DNA from: Octopus bimaculoides
Lineage: Eukaryota
Assembly (NCBI RefSeq): GCF_001194135.2
Contig: NC_068984.1
Location: 7,418,456 to 7,465,201 of the forward strand
Reading direction: 5' to 3'
DNA length: 46,746 nucleotides
In this document: positions 25,180 to 37,639 of the stretch, piece after piece
Position numbering within the stretch: position 1 is the first letter of the stretch
Layout of the letters: the number at the start of each line of letters is the position of its first letter
Made by a program: the position numbers and the translations under genes
The notes under the pieces: generated by a model
What the model was told of the DNA's origin: nothing
What the model saw: only the letters and a program-made list of their open reading frames with translations
Database searches by the model: none

Positions 25180-25830
25180 GGATGAGCTGGCAGAAACGTT
25201 AGCACACCGGGCGAAATGCTTAGCGGTATTTCGTTCGCCGCTACGTTCTGAGTTCAAATTCCGCCTTGGTCGACTTTGCCTTTCATCCTTTCGGGGTCGA
25301 TATATTAAGTACCAGTTACGCACTGGGTCGATGTAATCGACTTAATCCGTTTTTCTGTCCTTGTTTGTCTCCTCTATGTTTAACCCCTTGTGGACCGTAA
25401 AGAAATAAGAAATGTTACCACCAGGTCGAAATGCTTAGCAATATTTCGTCTGTCTTCGTGTTCTGAGTTCAAATTCTGCCGCGGTCGACTTTGCCTTTCA
25501 TCCTTTCGGGGTCGACTAAAGAAGTACCAGTTAAGCACTAGAGTCGATCTAATCGATTCGCCCCCCCCCCTCCTCCAAAATTTCGGGCCTTGCGCCTAGA
25601 GTAGAAAGAAAAAGAAATTAGGTTCAAAGGCTGACAATTTGTGGGTAGTGGCTGGCGGATTGCATCGACCTTAGTACTCAGTTGGTATTTATTTTACCGA
25701 CCCCGAAAGGTTGAAAGGCAAAGTCAACGTCTGCAGAATTTGAGCTCAGAATGTTATGAGACGGAAGAAATAGTGCTAAGCATTTTCTGCGACATTAGCG
25801 ATTGCGCTAGGCCATCGCCTTCTTAATAAT
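25180..25830. mobile_element. Three adjacent SINE family C copies (+,+,-)
   Basis: Head GAGCTGGCAGAAACGTTAGC, central GGTCGACTTTGCCTTTCATCCTTTCGGGGTCGA...AAGTACCAGTT (Meta/MESC-like core by recall). Other copies at about 1575-1775(-), 5345-5550(+), 7860-7910(-), 29195-29410(+), 36860-37030(-). Confidence 0.85.
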
Positions 25831-26922
25831 AGTAACAAAAATAATAGTAATCATGACACATACATACACACACTCATACATGCGCATACAAACATACATA
25901 CATACATACAAACATACATACATGCATGCATGCATGCATATATGTATGTATGACATAGACATAGACGCAGGCATGGCTGTGTGTGTGTGTGTGTCTCCTC
26001 ACCATCGCTTGACAACCGATGTTGGTGTGCTTATGACCTAGTAAGATGGCGGTTCAGCAAAATAGACCGACAGAATGAGTACTAGGCTTACAACGAATAA
26101 GTTTTCGGATGGATTTTTTTCGCCTAAAGGGGGTGCTCCAACGTGGCCGCAGTCAAATGAATAAAACAAGCAAAAGATTAAAAGAATAAAAGAATTTAAA
26201 TATATGTTCATTTCAACATTTCATCATGTAGCTCATTCTGTATGTTTTATGAATGCATATTCGTATATCCGCCTAATTTTAAATACGTTTGTAGTGGGAA
26301 AGGTATAGCAAAAGATGCTGAGGTCGCAGATGAAATAAGCATGTGAACAACATCAAAGTAAAACAATGGGAAAGCATCGGATTGTGGTTTAAATAATTTA
26401 GTTAAACGACACTTGCATTTACTAGTTGCATACCCTAGAAAATCCACTACAAGCATTACCAACTTACTTCGAAGAAGTAAGTAAGAAGTAAGTAAGTTGG
26501 CGAAGAAGAAAATAACAGGGGAAATACTTTGTCGATATGATGAGGTAGAACCGGGCATGTTTTGTGTCTGTGTGTGCATTGATCATTCAGTCGTATCTGT
26601 TTATGTTTCGCTACTTCTGCTGTGTTGGGCCGTTCATGCTGAAGATGTGGTTCTCCGTTGGCTGTTTAACTGGCGCAAGGCTGTCTCTTGACAGTTTGCC
26701 TGGTGATAGCTCTCTGCCTCCATCGCATGTCTGACTGTATTTATAATGGTCATGACAACTAGAAGGACAAACATACCACAGTAGTAATTCCTACCTTAGT
26801 AGGTCGCCTCCTGTCCACTTGAACCTTAACTGACACGGCTCAGGTGGTAAGTCGAAGGGAAAAAAATCATCCATCCCTTTTTGACAGGACAAAGAAATTT
26901 CTTTCGCGCCTGTTTGGCCAGT

Positions 26923-27085
26923 GGTGGATCAGGGTGGATCAGGGTGGATCAGGGTGGATTCGGTGTTAGTTTCTACACGTCTATGTAACGATCACGTGTA
27001 AACAAATGCAATTAATTATAACCGAACCAACATTTTTAATTATAACCGAACCAACATTTTTAATTATAACCGACGCAACATTTTT
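26923..27085 (+). repeat. Two short tandem arrays: (GTGGATCAGG)x3-4 and (AATTATAACCGAACCAACATTTTT)x~3
   Basis: Direct reading, about 26923-26960 and 27013-27085. Confidence 0.85.
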
Positions 27086-27213
27086 ACACTCAAAATCAGT
27101 TGTGTTCACAAATAAAATGACTACGTTTGTTAATTAAACCATTTTCATTTTGATCAAACAACGCACAGAAGTAGGAAAAAAAACTGCAAAGAATCAAAAA
27201 CAGGTGAACTTAC

Positions 27214-27421
27214 AAATGTTAGCTTTTGACTGCCGTATCATTGCTTCCCCTTTCGACAGCTTCCTGTCTTTTACATGATATTCCAGTCTTCGAGATATAA
27301 CTTCGGAAAAGTTACGCATAACTGACATCAATGCTTCGCCCTCCGTTCCGCTCGGCTCAGTAGCATTCCACCCGACTTCGTTTCTTCTGTTCAGCAGGTT
27401 ATCCACTATCCGGGTGACAAG
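27214..27421 (-). CDS. Exon (phase 0-1, 208 nt); GAIN subdomain A helices
   Basis: Acceptor gtaactatttcAG, donor T|GTaagt. Frame LVTRIVDNLLNRRNEVGWNATEPSGTEGEALMSVMRNFSEVISRRLEYHVKDRKLSKGEAMIRQSKANI. The VDNLL...W...NI pattern is typical of latrophilin-type GAIN domains; NAT and NFS sequons. Confidence 0.85.
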
Positions 27422-27968
27422 CTGAAATAGTTACCATAGCAACGTTTTCAGATAAAGAAAAGAGAAAAAAAATACAAAAAAAAACAAAAGAAAAAAAGAA
27501 AACNNNNNNNNNNNNNNNNNNNNNNNNNNNNNNNNNNNNNNNNNNNNNNNNNNNNNNNNNNNNNNNNNNNNNNNNNNNNNNNNNNNNNNNNNNNNNNNNN
27601 NNNNNNNNNNNNNNNNNNNNNNNNNNNNNNNNNNNNNNNNNNNNNNNNNNNNNNNNNNNNNNNNNNNNNNNNNNNNNNNNNNNNNNNNNNNNNNNNNNNN
27701 NNNNNNNNNNNNNNNNNNNNNNNNNNNNNNNNNNNNNNNNNNNNNNNNNNNNNNNNNNNNNNNNNNNNNNNNNNNNNNNNNNNNNNNNNNNNNNNNNNNN
27801 NNNNNNNNNNNNNNNNNNNNNNNNNNNNNNNNNNNNNNNNNNNNNNNNNNNNNNNNNNNNNNNNNNNNNNNNNNNNNNNNNNNNNNNNNNNNNNNNNNNN
27901 NNNNNNNNNNNNNNNNNNNNNNNNNNNNNNNNNNNNNNNNNNNNNNNNNNNNNNNNNNNNNNNNNNNN

Positions 27969-28043
<75 letters not shown>

Positions 28044-28510
28044 AATGTATATGCATATATGTATATATGTTCACACGCACTAAATAGTAAACCACACAGA
28101 GATGTACAGGCGCAAGTATACACACGTGTTCTACATATACAAACAACAGCAGGAATATACAAACAAACACAAATACACAAAACAAACGTAACAAACACTA
28201 ACGCACTCACGTATAAAAGACAGACACACTCACACACACACACACGCACACGTACTGTATGTGTAAAAAAAAATGTCGACAGATGAGAATGAGTTTCCTA
28301 TATATGTGCGGCTTATTTATTCGTCCGATGTCTATGCTACGTTACAGCATCTTGTACGATCGTACATGTGTTAGAGAGTTGAATCTTTTTATCGCCCTAA
28401 GGATATTACATAGCGTGGTAAAGACAATATTCAAACGAGCTTTTATAAAATATACATGCATATACACAAATACCATATATATGTGTGTATGTAGATATAT
28501 ATGTCTGGGC

Positions 28511-28578
<68 letters not shown>

Positions 28579-28666
28579 GTATGTATGTGCGTGAACAAGT
28601 GGTACATAGGTATTTTTTGTAAGTTTATATAAACATATACTACGTACGTACATTCATATCTATTTG

Positions 28667-28718
<52 letters not shown>

Positions 28719-31229
28719 CCTATCTATCTAACCATTTATTTACCCCCTATCAATCAATCTATCAATCTGCCTACTCCTCTGGTTGTTTAAATATCTAGTT
28801 AACACTATTTATTTAACAACATATCAATACAACTTTCACTGCCCTTCGTTATAAACATTAGGGGAACATTACTCAATACAAGAAGTAAAGTACAACTAAT
28901 TTAATTGACTGAACTATTCGCCATTATTCGGACTGCGCATGATTACTCTTTCACAGATGTTTTTTATTGGTGAAAACAAAATCATAAAAACCACAGACAA
29001 AATTACAAGATGGCGACGAAGGAAATGCATTTCTATTTGCTAATGGTGGCTTTCGTGACTGACGCGCAAAAACATCTGACAGATTGAAGAGGGTTTACCA
29101 GATGACAGGGCTATGGAAATCACGCAAAAAGATTGAAATTCGATATTGTGAAAAGGTTGCAAAATAGAATTAAATAAATGAATAAACAAATATACGCTTG
29201 TAAACAAGGCAAAATCGTTAGCACGCCTGGCAAAAGGCTTAGCGGCCTTTCGTCTGTCTTTACGTTCTGCGTTCAAACTCCGCTGAGGTCGACTTTGCTT
29301 TGCATCTTCTCGTGGTCGATAAAATAAGTACTAGTTGAGCATTGACGTTGGTGTAATTCACTTAACCCTCTTCCCTGAAATTACTGGCCTTTGCGCCAAA
29401 ATTTGAAGTCAATATATACACGTTATCTCATTGACTCAGTGGAGGTGCAATGGCCCAGTGGTTAGGGCAGCGGACTCGCGGTCATAGGATGGCAGTTTCG
29501 ATTCCCAGACCGGGCGTTATGAGTGTTTATTGAGTGAAAACACCTAAAAACTCCACGAGACTCCGACAGGGGATGGTGGCGAACCCTGCTGTACTCTTTC
29601 ACCACAACTTTCTCTCACTCTTTCTTCCTGTTTCTGTTGTACCTGTAATTCAAAGGGTCAGCCTTGTCACGCTGAATCTCCCTGAGAACTACGTTAAGGA
29701 TACACGTGTCTGTGGAGTGCTCAGCCACTTGCACGTTAATTTCACGAGTAGGCTGTTCCGTTGATCGAATCAACTGGAACCTTCGACGTCGTAAGCGACG
29801 GTGTGCCAACAACAACAACCTCATTGACTCACAAACACACGGTTACAGATACATACAGATAAACGTAGACGCAGCGAATCAGTGAGAAATAAAAAAAATA
29901 GGCAGAATGAGAACCTATTACTTTTTAAAGAATCAATCGGCGTCCATATTTGCGTGTGTTTGTGCACGAGTGTATACCTGTGTACATGTGTGTGCATGTA
30001 CATATTTGTTAATAAGTTCTTTAATCAGTTAATGAATTAAATACGTGAGGGCAGGTGAGCATAAATGAGTGTATGTGCATGCAAATGTGCCGTGTCTGTG
30101 TGTGTGCGTGTGTATGTATAATCATGAGTATTGGTGCATGCTTGTATGTATCCATATGTGTGCATTATGTAGATGTGTATATATGTATGTGTCTGTTTGT
30201 GGGTTATATGTATGTATGACTCTACGACTGTGTGTATATGTATATGTATGTGTATTAGAGCATAGAAGCCGATATTTGCACGCAAAAAAAACAACTTTCA
30301 TTTTGAATCGCTAATGGTTATACAAGCACATCAATGAAATCCGTATCAATAAGCACGGGTACCTCCTTATTACCTGCTTCCCTACTTTACTGCGTTCCCT
30401 TGCGGAAGATTTTATGCGAGATAAGATCATACATACGTATTTTATGTCGTGTATCAGATGTTGACGATCTCTGTGTATCTTACATTGTATAGACGCAAAG
30501 TCGTAACTCTCTCATTTCTACAATGTATTCATTAGAGGAGAAATTCTTAAATTATCATGTACCTTGAGATGTGACTCGTTACCAAGACTGAGCNNNNNNN
30601 NNNNNNNNNNNNNNNNNNNNNNNNNNNNNNNNNNNNNNNNNNNNNNNNNNNNNNNNNNNNNNNNNNNNNNNNNNNNNNNNNNNNNNNNNNNNNNNNNNNN
30701 NNNNNNNNNNNNNNNNNNNNNNNNNNNNNNNNNNNNNNNNNNNNNNNNNNNNNNNNNNNNNNNNNNNNNNNNNNNNNNNNNNNNNNNNNNNNNNNNNNNN
30801 NNNNNNNNNNNNNNNNNNNNNNNNNNNNNNNNNNNNNNNNNNNNNNNNNNNNNNNNNNNNNNNNNNNNNNNNNNNNNNNNNNNNNNNNNNNNNNNNNNNN
30901 NNNNNNNNNNNNNNNNNNNNNNNNNNNNNNNNNNNNNNNNNNNNNNNNNNNNNNNNNNNNNNNNNNNNNNNNNNNNNNNNNNNNNNNNNNNNNNNNNNNN
31001 NNNNNNNNNNNNNNNNNNNNNNNNNNNNNNNNNNNNNNNNNNNNNNNNNNNNNNNNNNNNNNNNNNNNNNNNNNNNNNNNNNNNNNNNNNNNNNNNNNNN
31101 NNNNNNNNNNNNNNNNNNNNNNNNNNNNNNNNNNNNNNNNNNNNNNNAGACGAAATACCGCTAAGCATTTCATCTGGCATGCTAGCGTTTCTGCCAGCTT
31201 GTCACCTTATGAGTGTATATATGTGGGTG

Positions 31230-31570
31230 ACCCCCTTAGATCATGATTGACCATGGGATTGCACCTAGAAAGTTACCCTTCGAGGCACAAGTCCGGGCAA
31301 GATTTTTTATGGAAGTCCAGCAGTCGCCTATGCATACTGCCTCCCTTCTTCATGCCACTGATGTTATCCAAGGGAAAGGCAAAGGGGCCGATACAGCTTG
31401 GTACCTGTGACGTCGCAACTCACTTTTACAGTTGAGTGAACTGGAGGAACTTGAAATAAAGTATCTTGCTCAAGAACACAACACGCAGCCCGGTCCGGAA
31501 ATCGAACTCGCAACCTCACGATCGTAGGCTCGAAGCTGTAACCACTGAGCCTGAGCCATGCGCCTTCATA
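31230..31570 (-). mobile_element. SINE family E: same CORE-like head, different tail
   Basis: GAAGGCGCATGGCTCAG...GAGTTCGATTTCC...TGTTCTTGAGCAAGATACTTTATTTCA, then a tail with CCCTTGGATAAC...CTAGGTGCAATCCCATGG. Possible decayed copy at about 46400-46615(-). Confidence 0.7.
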
Positions 31571-31790
31571 TCCATACATCCATTAGTATGTAGAGGCTCT
31601 GAAACTTCTTATTCATCCCATTATTGCACAACTGTTAATGTGTATGCTGCACAGAAGATATTATTCCGTGCAATTTAATAACTTGTGGTTAACATACACA
31701 CAGCTATAATGCATATGTATCGTGTTTTCGAAATATTTTAGCACATATTTAATCAAATAAATCAAGGAGAAGAAAGATGTAGAGAAGAGT

Positions 31791-31792
<2 letters not shown>

Positions 31793-31858
<66 letters not shown>

Positions 31859-31960
31859 AAGAAGAAGAAGAAGAAGAAGAAGAAGAAGAAGAAGAAGAAG
31901 AAGAAGAAGAAGAAGAAGATGATGATGATGATGATGATAATGAAGAAGAAGACGAAGAAG
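31793..31960 (+). repeat. Compound (TAA)n-(GAA)n-(GAT)n micro-satellite
   Basis: Direct reading. Confidence 0.95.
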
Positions 31961-32783
31961 AATACAAATATGTAATATATATTTATATATATATAATACC
32001 ACATACACACACAAACACACAGTCAAACACATGCACACAAACACACACACATACACACACACACACGCACAGATGCGCGCGCACATTCTTAAAACGGTAA
32101 CGGAATGTTGAAATTTTTTCACTTAAGTTTTATTGAATATCGCAGCGTCTATCAAAGATGGCTACCTCAATAAATATGCATATGGAGAAAATATCCACGT
32201 GTTTAATAAACATATATTTAGTCAGATATTATTACTCTATTTTGTAAGCAAACACACAACTCATGCAGATTTTTAAAAAATCAATACATTTCTGTATAAA
32301 ACTGAAGTCATAAAGTAATATCGTATCTTAAATATGAGAGTGCGTCTTTAGAATTTATTCAAAATTTCGTTGAATGACTTATTGCGCTGATGGAGAATTC
32401 GATGAATACAGATGGAATATTATCTTTCGTTCATTTGTCTTTCACTCGTTTCAGTTGATGGCCATTAGGAGACACAATCTGGAAGGGTTTGGTCGAAGAA
32501 AGCGAAGCCTTTTAATTTTAATATTTTTAATTTTTATTCTTTTAATCTGATCCTTATTCTATCGCTTACCTTAGCCGAACCGCTGCGTTACAGGAAAGTA
32601 AACAAACTAACTCCGATTATCAAGCGGTGTAGCGTAACAAACGCAAGCTCAGAGACAGTCAAGCACACACACGTATCCGTTGTGAACTGATTTATGATGT
32701 TAGTATAAGTTCTTAAGTTATAACTGACGCTGCTGGGGAGAGCGCAAACCAGGTGGGGGCGCCAGATTTTTTGAATGCTTAAT

Positions 32784-33190
32784 ATGCGAATCCGCGAGAG
32801 ACCGTTATACAGCGGATTAGATGAAGGCAAACGCACGCAAGGTGGACAGAAAAAGCATCTCAAGGATACATGCAAAGCCTCGCTGAAGAGATTTTGAGAT
32901 CAACACCGACGCCTAGGAAAAGCAAGTTCAGGAGCACTTTTCCTGGTGACGCTGCACTAATAGAGGCGCCATCCCCTACGAACAGATTAGGATTTCAGGG
33001 ACACAAAGGAGACGCAAACTGAGCAAGTCCAGAGCCAACTTCTTGCCTCACTCGAAACAAACAACCAGTGTTCCACATCAGCGGAGCCTCCTGAGCATGC
33101 ATCGGAATGATTCGCCACAACCGGACACGCTATGCCCCGTCTTCTTCCCCCATGCAATCTCCTTGGTCATCGTCGGCAACGACACACAAC
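32784..33190 (+). mobile_element. RTE/BovB-like LINE 3' fragment
   Basis: LYSGLDEGKRTQGGQKKHLKDTCKASLKRF matches the recalled BovB-type YGELxxGKRSxGGQKKRFKDTLKASLK motif. A decayed tail and 3'UTR follow (GGTCATCGTCGGCAACGAC). Confidence 0.8.
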
Positions 33191-34619
33191 CTAATAGAAA
33201 AAAAAATTAAATAATCGTAGTGGCACTCCGTCGGTTACGACGACGAAAGGTTCGAGTTGATCCGATCGGCGGAACAGCTTGCTCGTGAAATTACCGTGCA
33301 AGTGGCTGAGTATTCCACAGACACGTGTACCCTTAACGTAGTTCACTGGGAGATTCAGTGTGACAGAGTGCGACTAGGCTGGCCCTTTGAAATACAGGTA
33401 CAATAGAAACAGGAAGAAAGAGTGAGAGAAAGTTGTGGTGAAAGAGTACAGCAGGGTTCGCCACCACCACCCCTGCCGGAACCTCGTGGATCTCGTGGGG
33501 CTTTAGGAGTTTTCGCTCAATAAACACTCACACGGGCATGCGCAGAAGTGACATCACGATCGTCGGCGTCTCTTAAATTAATGGACGTGTAATCGATGGA
33601 GATGCCAACATCGTTAGATTTTGTTGTTGGTTGTGTTCGTATCGTGGCATTCCGTCGGATACGACATCGAGGGTCCCAGTTGATCCGATCAACGGAACAG
33701 CCTGCTCGTGAAATTAACGTGCAAGTGGCTGAGCACCCCACAGACACGCGTACTATTAACGTAGTTCTCAGGATGATTCAGCGCGACACATATTGTGACA
33801 AGGCCGGACCCTTTGAAATACAGGAAGAAAGAGTGAGAGAAAGTTCTGGTGAAAGAGTATGACCACGAGGCCGCTGCCCTAACCACTGGGCCATTGCGCC
33901 TCTAGTAATAAAGATAATACATTATAAGTGAAAACAAAAATTTGCTGAGTGTCATCGGAGTGATAAGTTTAAGGCCGCCGTGTCTATGTTTTCAATTCCT
34001 TTATTTTTGTTATTTACTTCGAGCCATTGTTTGTATGTTGCTGGTTAGTATATCTTTATTTTTTTTTTGTCCAGATGCATCTAAATTTATTTTATTGAGT
34101 TTATGTACTGCAATATCTAAAGGTTTCATTGTATTATTGAACTGTGCAAACTTTAATTTGGTCTCTTGGGAAATTAGTTCCAGCGAGCTTTTTGAAGTTT
34201 TTCAAAGTGATGCGCATTGATGTGTGAATGTGTTGTGACAAGTTACCCGACTAAAACTGCAAAACCTGTTTGACAAATGGTCTGTAATGTCATATTGCGC
34301 GCGAGTATGTATGTGTGTGTGTTTGTGTGTATGTGTGTTTCTGAGTGTGTGTGTGAGTTAGAGAGAGACTTTGTGTGTGTGAGTGTGTGTGTGCGTATGT
34401 GTGAACATGCGTGTGTGTATATGTGTGTGGTTATGTGAGCGTATGTGTGTGTGTTTGAGTGTGTATGTGTAAGAGAAAGAGAGAGTGTGTATGTATGTGT
34501 GTGTGAGAGAGCTAGAAAGTGTATGTGTATGAGTGTGTGTGTGTGTATGCGTGTGTATGAATGTATGTGAATGCATGTGATTATGTATGTGTGTGTATGC
34601 ATATGTGTGTGTTTATAGA

Positions 34620-34911
34620 GGCTCGTGAACTGGTGGTTAGAGTATTCGTGCCACGATCATAAAGTCATGAGATCGATTCCCGGCGGCACGTTTTATCCTC
34701 AAACAAGACACTTCATTTCACATTGCTCCGGTCCACCCAGCTGACAAAAACGAATTGTACTCATAATTCAAACGGCCGACTTTGTTACGTTCTGAGTGAC
34801 ACTGAATTTCCCTGAGAACTTCGTTAAGGATACCCTGTCTGTAGAGTCTTCAGCAGATTGTTCGATTGATCGGATCAACTGGGACTCTCGTCGTCGTAAC
34901 CGACGGAGAGC

Positions 34912-34915
<4 letters not shown>
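34620..34915 (+). mobile_element. SINE family D: CORE-like head joined to the family B tail
   Basis: CAAGACACTT.ATTTCAC.TTGCTCC..TCCAC.CAGCT followed by ACTGAATTTCCCTGAGAACT...GATCAACTGG. Also at about 38990-39400(+) and 42000-42310(-). Confidence 0.7.
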
Positions 34916-34947
<32 letters not shown>

Positions 34948-35122
34948 AACAACGACAACTACACATTCTTTACATTATTTACATTTGACGGATATTTGTC
35001 CTCATCTTGTTTTTTGTTAACATAACGTTTCGGCTGATATACCCTCCAGCCTTTATCAGGTGTCTTGGGAAAATTCCGAACCTGAGTTCTCATTCCTGAG
35101 GTATTTTTCGATGTTATTATTA

Positions 35123-35153
<31 letters not shown>

Positions 35154-35319
35154 NNNNNNNNNNNNNNNNNNNNNNNNNNNNNNNNNNNNNNNNNNNNNNN
35201 NNNNNNNNNNNNNNNNNNNNNNNNNNNNNNNNNNNNNNNNNNNNNNNNNNNNNNNNNNNNNNNNNNNNNNNNNNNNNNNNNNNNNNNNNNNNNNNNNGTA
35301 ACAACGACAACTACACATT

Positions 35320-35474
35320 CTTTACATTATTTACATTTGACGGATATTTGTCCTCATCTTGTTTTTTGTTAACATAACGTTTCGGCTGATATACCCTCCA
35401 GCCTTTATCAGGTGTCTTGGGAAAATTCCGAACCTGAGTTCTCATTCCTGAGGTATTTTTCGATGTTATTATTA

Positions 35475-35505
<31 letters not shown>

Positions 35506-35585
35506 CATTCAAGTCACTGCCTGGAATCGAACTCGGAATCTTGGACTAGTAGCCCGTGCTCTTAACCACTACGCAATATGTCCGT
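35320..35585 (-). mobile_element. Composite SINE-like element: tRNA-derived head + (AAT)n + Penelope-type tail with a hammerhead-like motif
   Basis: Minus strand: GGACATATTGCGTAGTGGTTAAG (A box) ... GAGTTCGATTCC (B box), (AAT)n at 35465-35507, then GACAC-CTGATAA-A-GGCTG-gagggtatat-CAGCC-GAAAC-GTT-ATGTT (35371-35416). Confidence 0.65.
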
Positions 35586-36100
35586 ATAGAACTGAACGAC
35601 ACCTATGATGTCTGGGAATGAGTTCTAGAGAATATGGTGACTATCATTGTAGTGTTTTGGTGTCGGTTGTGTATTTGGATATTTTTAGACAAGAGGGAAG
35701 GTATCGGTCATGATCCTCTACGGTGCCTCCAAAAGAGGTAGAAGGGAGAGGGATTATTGCCCACGGCGGACCGCCTCTTCGCTCACTGATTACGCTATTG
35801 GGGGAAGTATCTTCTAAGCACATATCTATTCAGAAAACTGGCAACAGAATAGCCTCAGCAAAAGACCCATATATGTCCAGATGTTGTTAAATTGGTCAGT
35901 GAATTAAACCTACCAACCATGAAAGCCATTGCGTGATTTGAACACAGAAGGGGGAAAAAACAGAAGCAAATACTGAAAGGCCTCGGTTCAGCATGTTACA
36001 GTACCGCCTACGCACCACCATTAATTGGTAGATTTTTATCAACCCCCTAAAGAGTCATGTCTGCAATAGGCACAAGGTGAGGGTAAGTTGAATTCATCAG

Positions 36101-36745
36101 CGTAGGCGCAGGAGTGGCTAAATGGTAAGTAGCTTGCTTACCAACCACATGGTTCCGGGTTCATTCTCACTGCGTGGCACCTTGGGCAAGTGTCTTCTAC
36201 TATAGCCTCGGGCCGACCAAAGCCTTGTGAGCGGATTTGGTAGACAGAAACTGAAAGAAGCCCGTCGTATATATGTATATATATATATATATATNNNNNN
36301 NNNNNNNNNNNNNNNNNNNNNNNNNNNNNNNNNNNNNNNNNNNNNNNNNNNNNNNNNNNNNNNNNNNNNNNNNNNNNNNNNNNNNNNNNNNNNNNNNNNN
36401 NNNNNNNNNNNNNNNNNNNNNNNNNNNNNNNNNNNNNNNNNNNNNNNNNNNNNNNNNNNNNNNNNNNNNNNNNNNNNNNNNNNNNNNNNNNNNNNNNTGT
36501 GTGTGTGTGTGTATGTGTGTATATGTTTATGTGTCTGTGCTTGTCCCCCCACCTCCAACGTCACTTGACAACCGATGCTGGTGTGTTTACGTCCTCGTAA
36601 CTTAGCGGTTCGGCAAAAGAGACCGATGGAATAAGTACTAGGCATCCAAAGAATAAGTCCTGGAGTCGATTTGCTCGACGAAAGGAGGAGCTCCAAGATG
36701 GCCGCAGTCAAATGACTGAAACAAGTAAAAGAGTAAAAGAATAAG
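36101..36745 (+). mobile_element. SINE family A, full length, with an assembly gap inside its internal micro-satellite
   Basis: Head 36101-36270, N-gap within (TA)n/(TG)n, tail 36520-36745. Collinear with the 21741 copy. Confidence 0.85.
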
Positions 36746-37338
36746 TGATTGGGTATGTTATGTCTCAAACTACTGCTATCTAGCACCTTCGGATGATCTC
36801 TACTCAACCGTCACTCAACACTCTACCACGGTCAGACTACCTCTATTTATATGCCTTGCGCGATCCTACCTCTTCGCTTGAGGGCGTCGACACAACAGGG
36901 TAGTATTTTATCGAACCTGAAAGGACGAAAGGTAATGTCGACGTCGGAGGAAATTGAACTCAGAAGGTGCAGAGAAATGCCGCTAAGCATTTTGCCCTCG
37001 CGTGCTAACGATTTTGTCAGCTCGTCTCCTTCAAGCCCTTAAAGAATGAAAGCACACAGACTTATCTAAGGAGAGTACAGTTTGCATAAAGCGTTGTCTG
37101 ATGCATATCTGGCAAATTTCTGAATACAAGGGAGATAACACTCTCCTCGCAACCGGATGCAACATTAGAAATTTATATGCGAGATAAACGAATGCGAAAA
37201 AGAAGAGCCACAGAGTGCACATTCCTCTTTATCTATTACATAAACACACACATATATACACATATTCATCTACGATATGTCTCTGAGCCTCTCTAGCGTC
37301 GGTTATCGATTAAACATGTGTATCTACATTAGACTTAC

Positions 37339-37443
37339 CTGTGCAAACACCTTCGTCTGTACCATGGTGGGGTTGTAGTTAGTTTGGGTACGCGCATAAT
37401 TGTCTTTGCCATCATTCCAGGAGACGACATGAATTGACACACC
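37339..37443 (-). CDS. Exon (phase 0-0, 105 nt) of the same adhesion GPCR-like gene
   Basis: Acceptor attgtttgatatttcAG, donor CAG|GTaagt. Open frame GVSIHVVSWNDGKDNYARTQTNYNPTMVQTKVFAQ. Phases match both neighbouring exons. Confidence 0.75.
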
Positions 37444-37608
37444 CTGAAATATCAAACAATATATATACAATAGGTTTTCGCTAATGGATTTTCTAATTGA
37501 TTAATAAATAATAATTAAGTGCAATACTGCGAATAGAAGTAACAGGAAGTATGTTATAAATAATCACGTCGGTCGAAAACAGGGAGAGAAATAGAGAAAT
37601 GGAGAAAT

Positions 37609-37639
<31 letters not shown>

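Noticed and set aside
26923-27085. Short repeats considered as a CRISPR-like array
   Set aside because: Contiguous tandem units without unique spacers, in a eukaryotic intron with no cas genes.
32560-32600. Strong donor-like AAG|GTAAGC on the minus strand
   Set aside because: Lies in a SINE A-like remnant (GCGGTTCGGC); the implied 13-nt exon would break the frame.
33942-34220. Hydrophobic 92-aa ORF, and an opposite-strand A-rich frame suggesting a transposon relic
   Set aside because: T-rich composition explains the hydrophobicity; no recognisable motif or splice sites.
34945-35480. Apparent tandem duplication of the hammerhead-bearing tail (motif copies at 35019-35064 and 35371-35416), attractive as a natural dimeric ribozyme
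   Set aside because: The copies appear identical, include the same unique flank (GTAACAACGACAACTACAC) and straddle an N gap, so contig overlap is the likelier cause. Long reads are needed.
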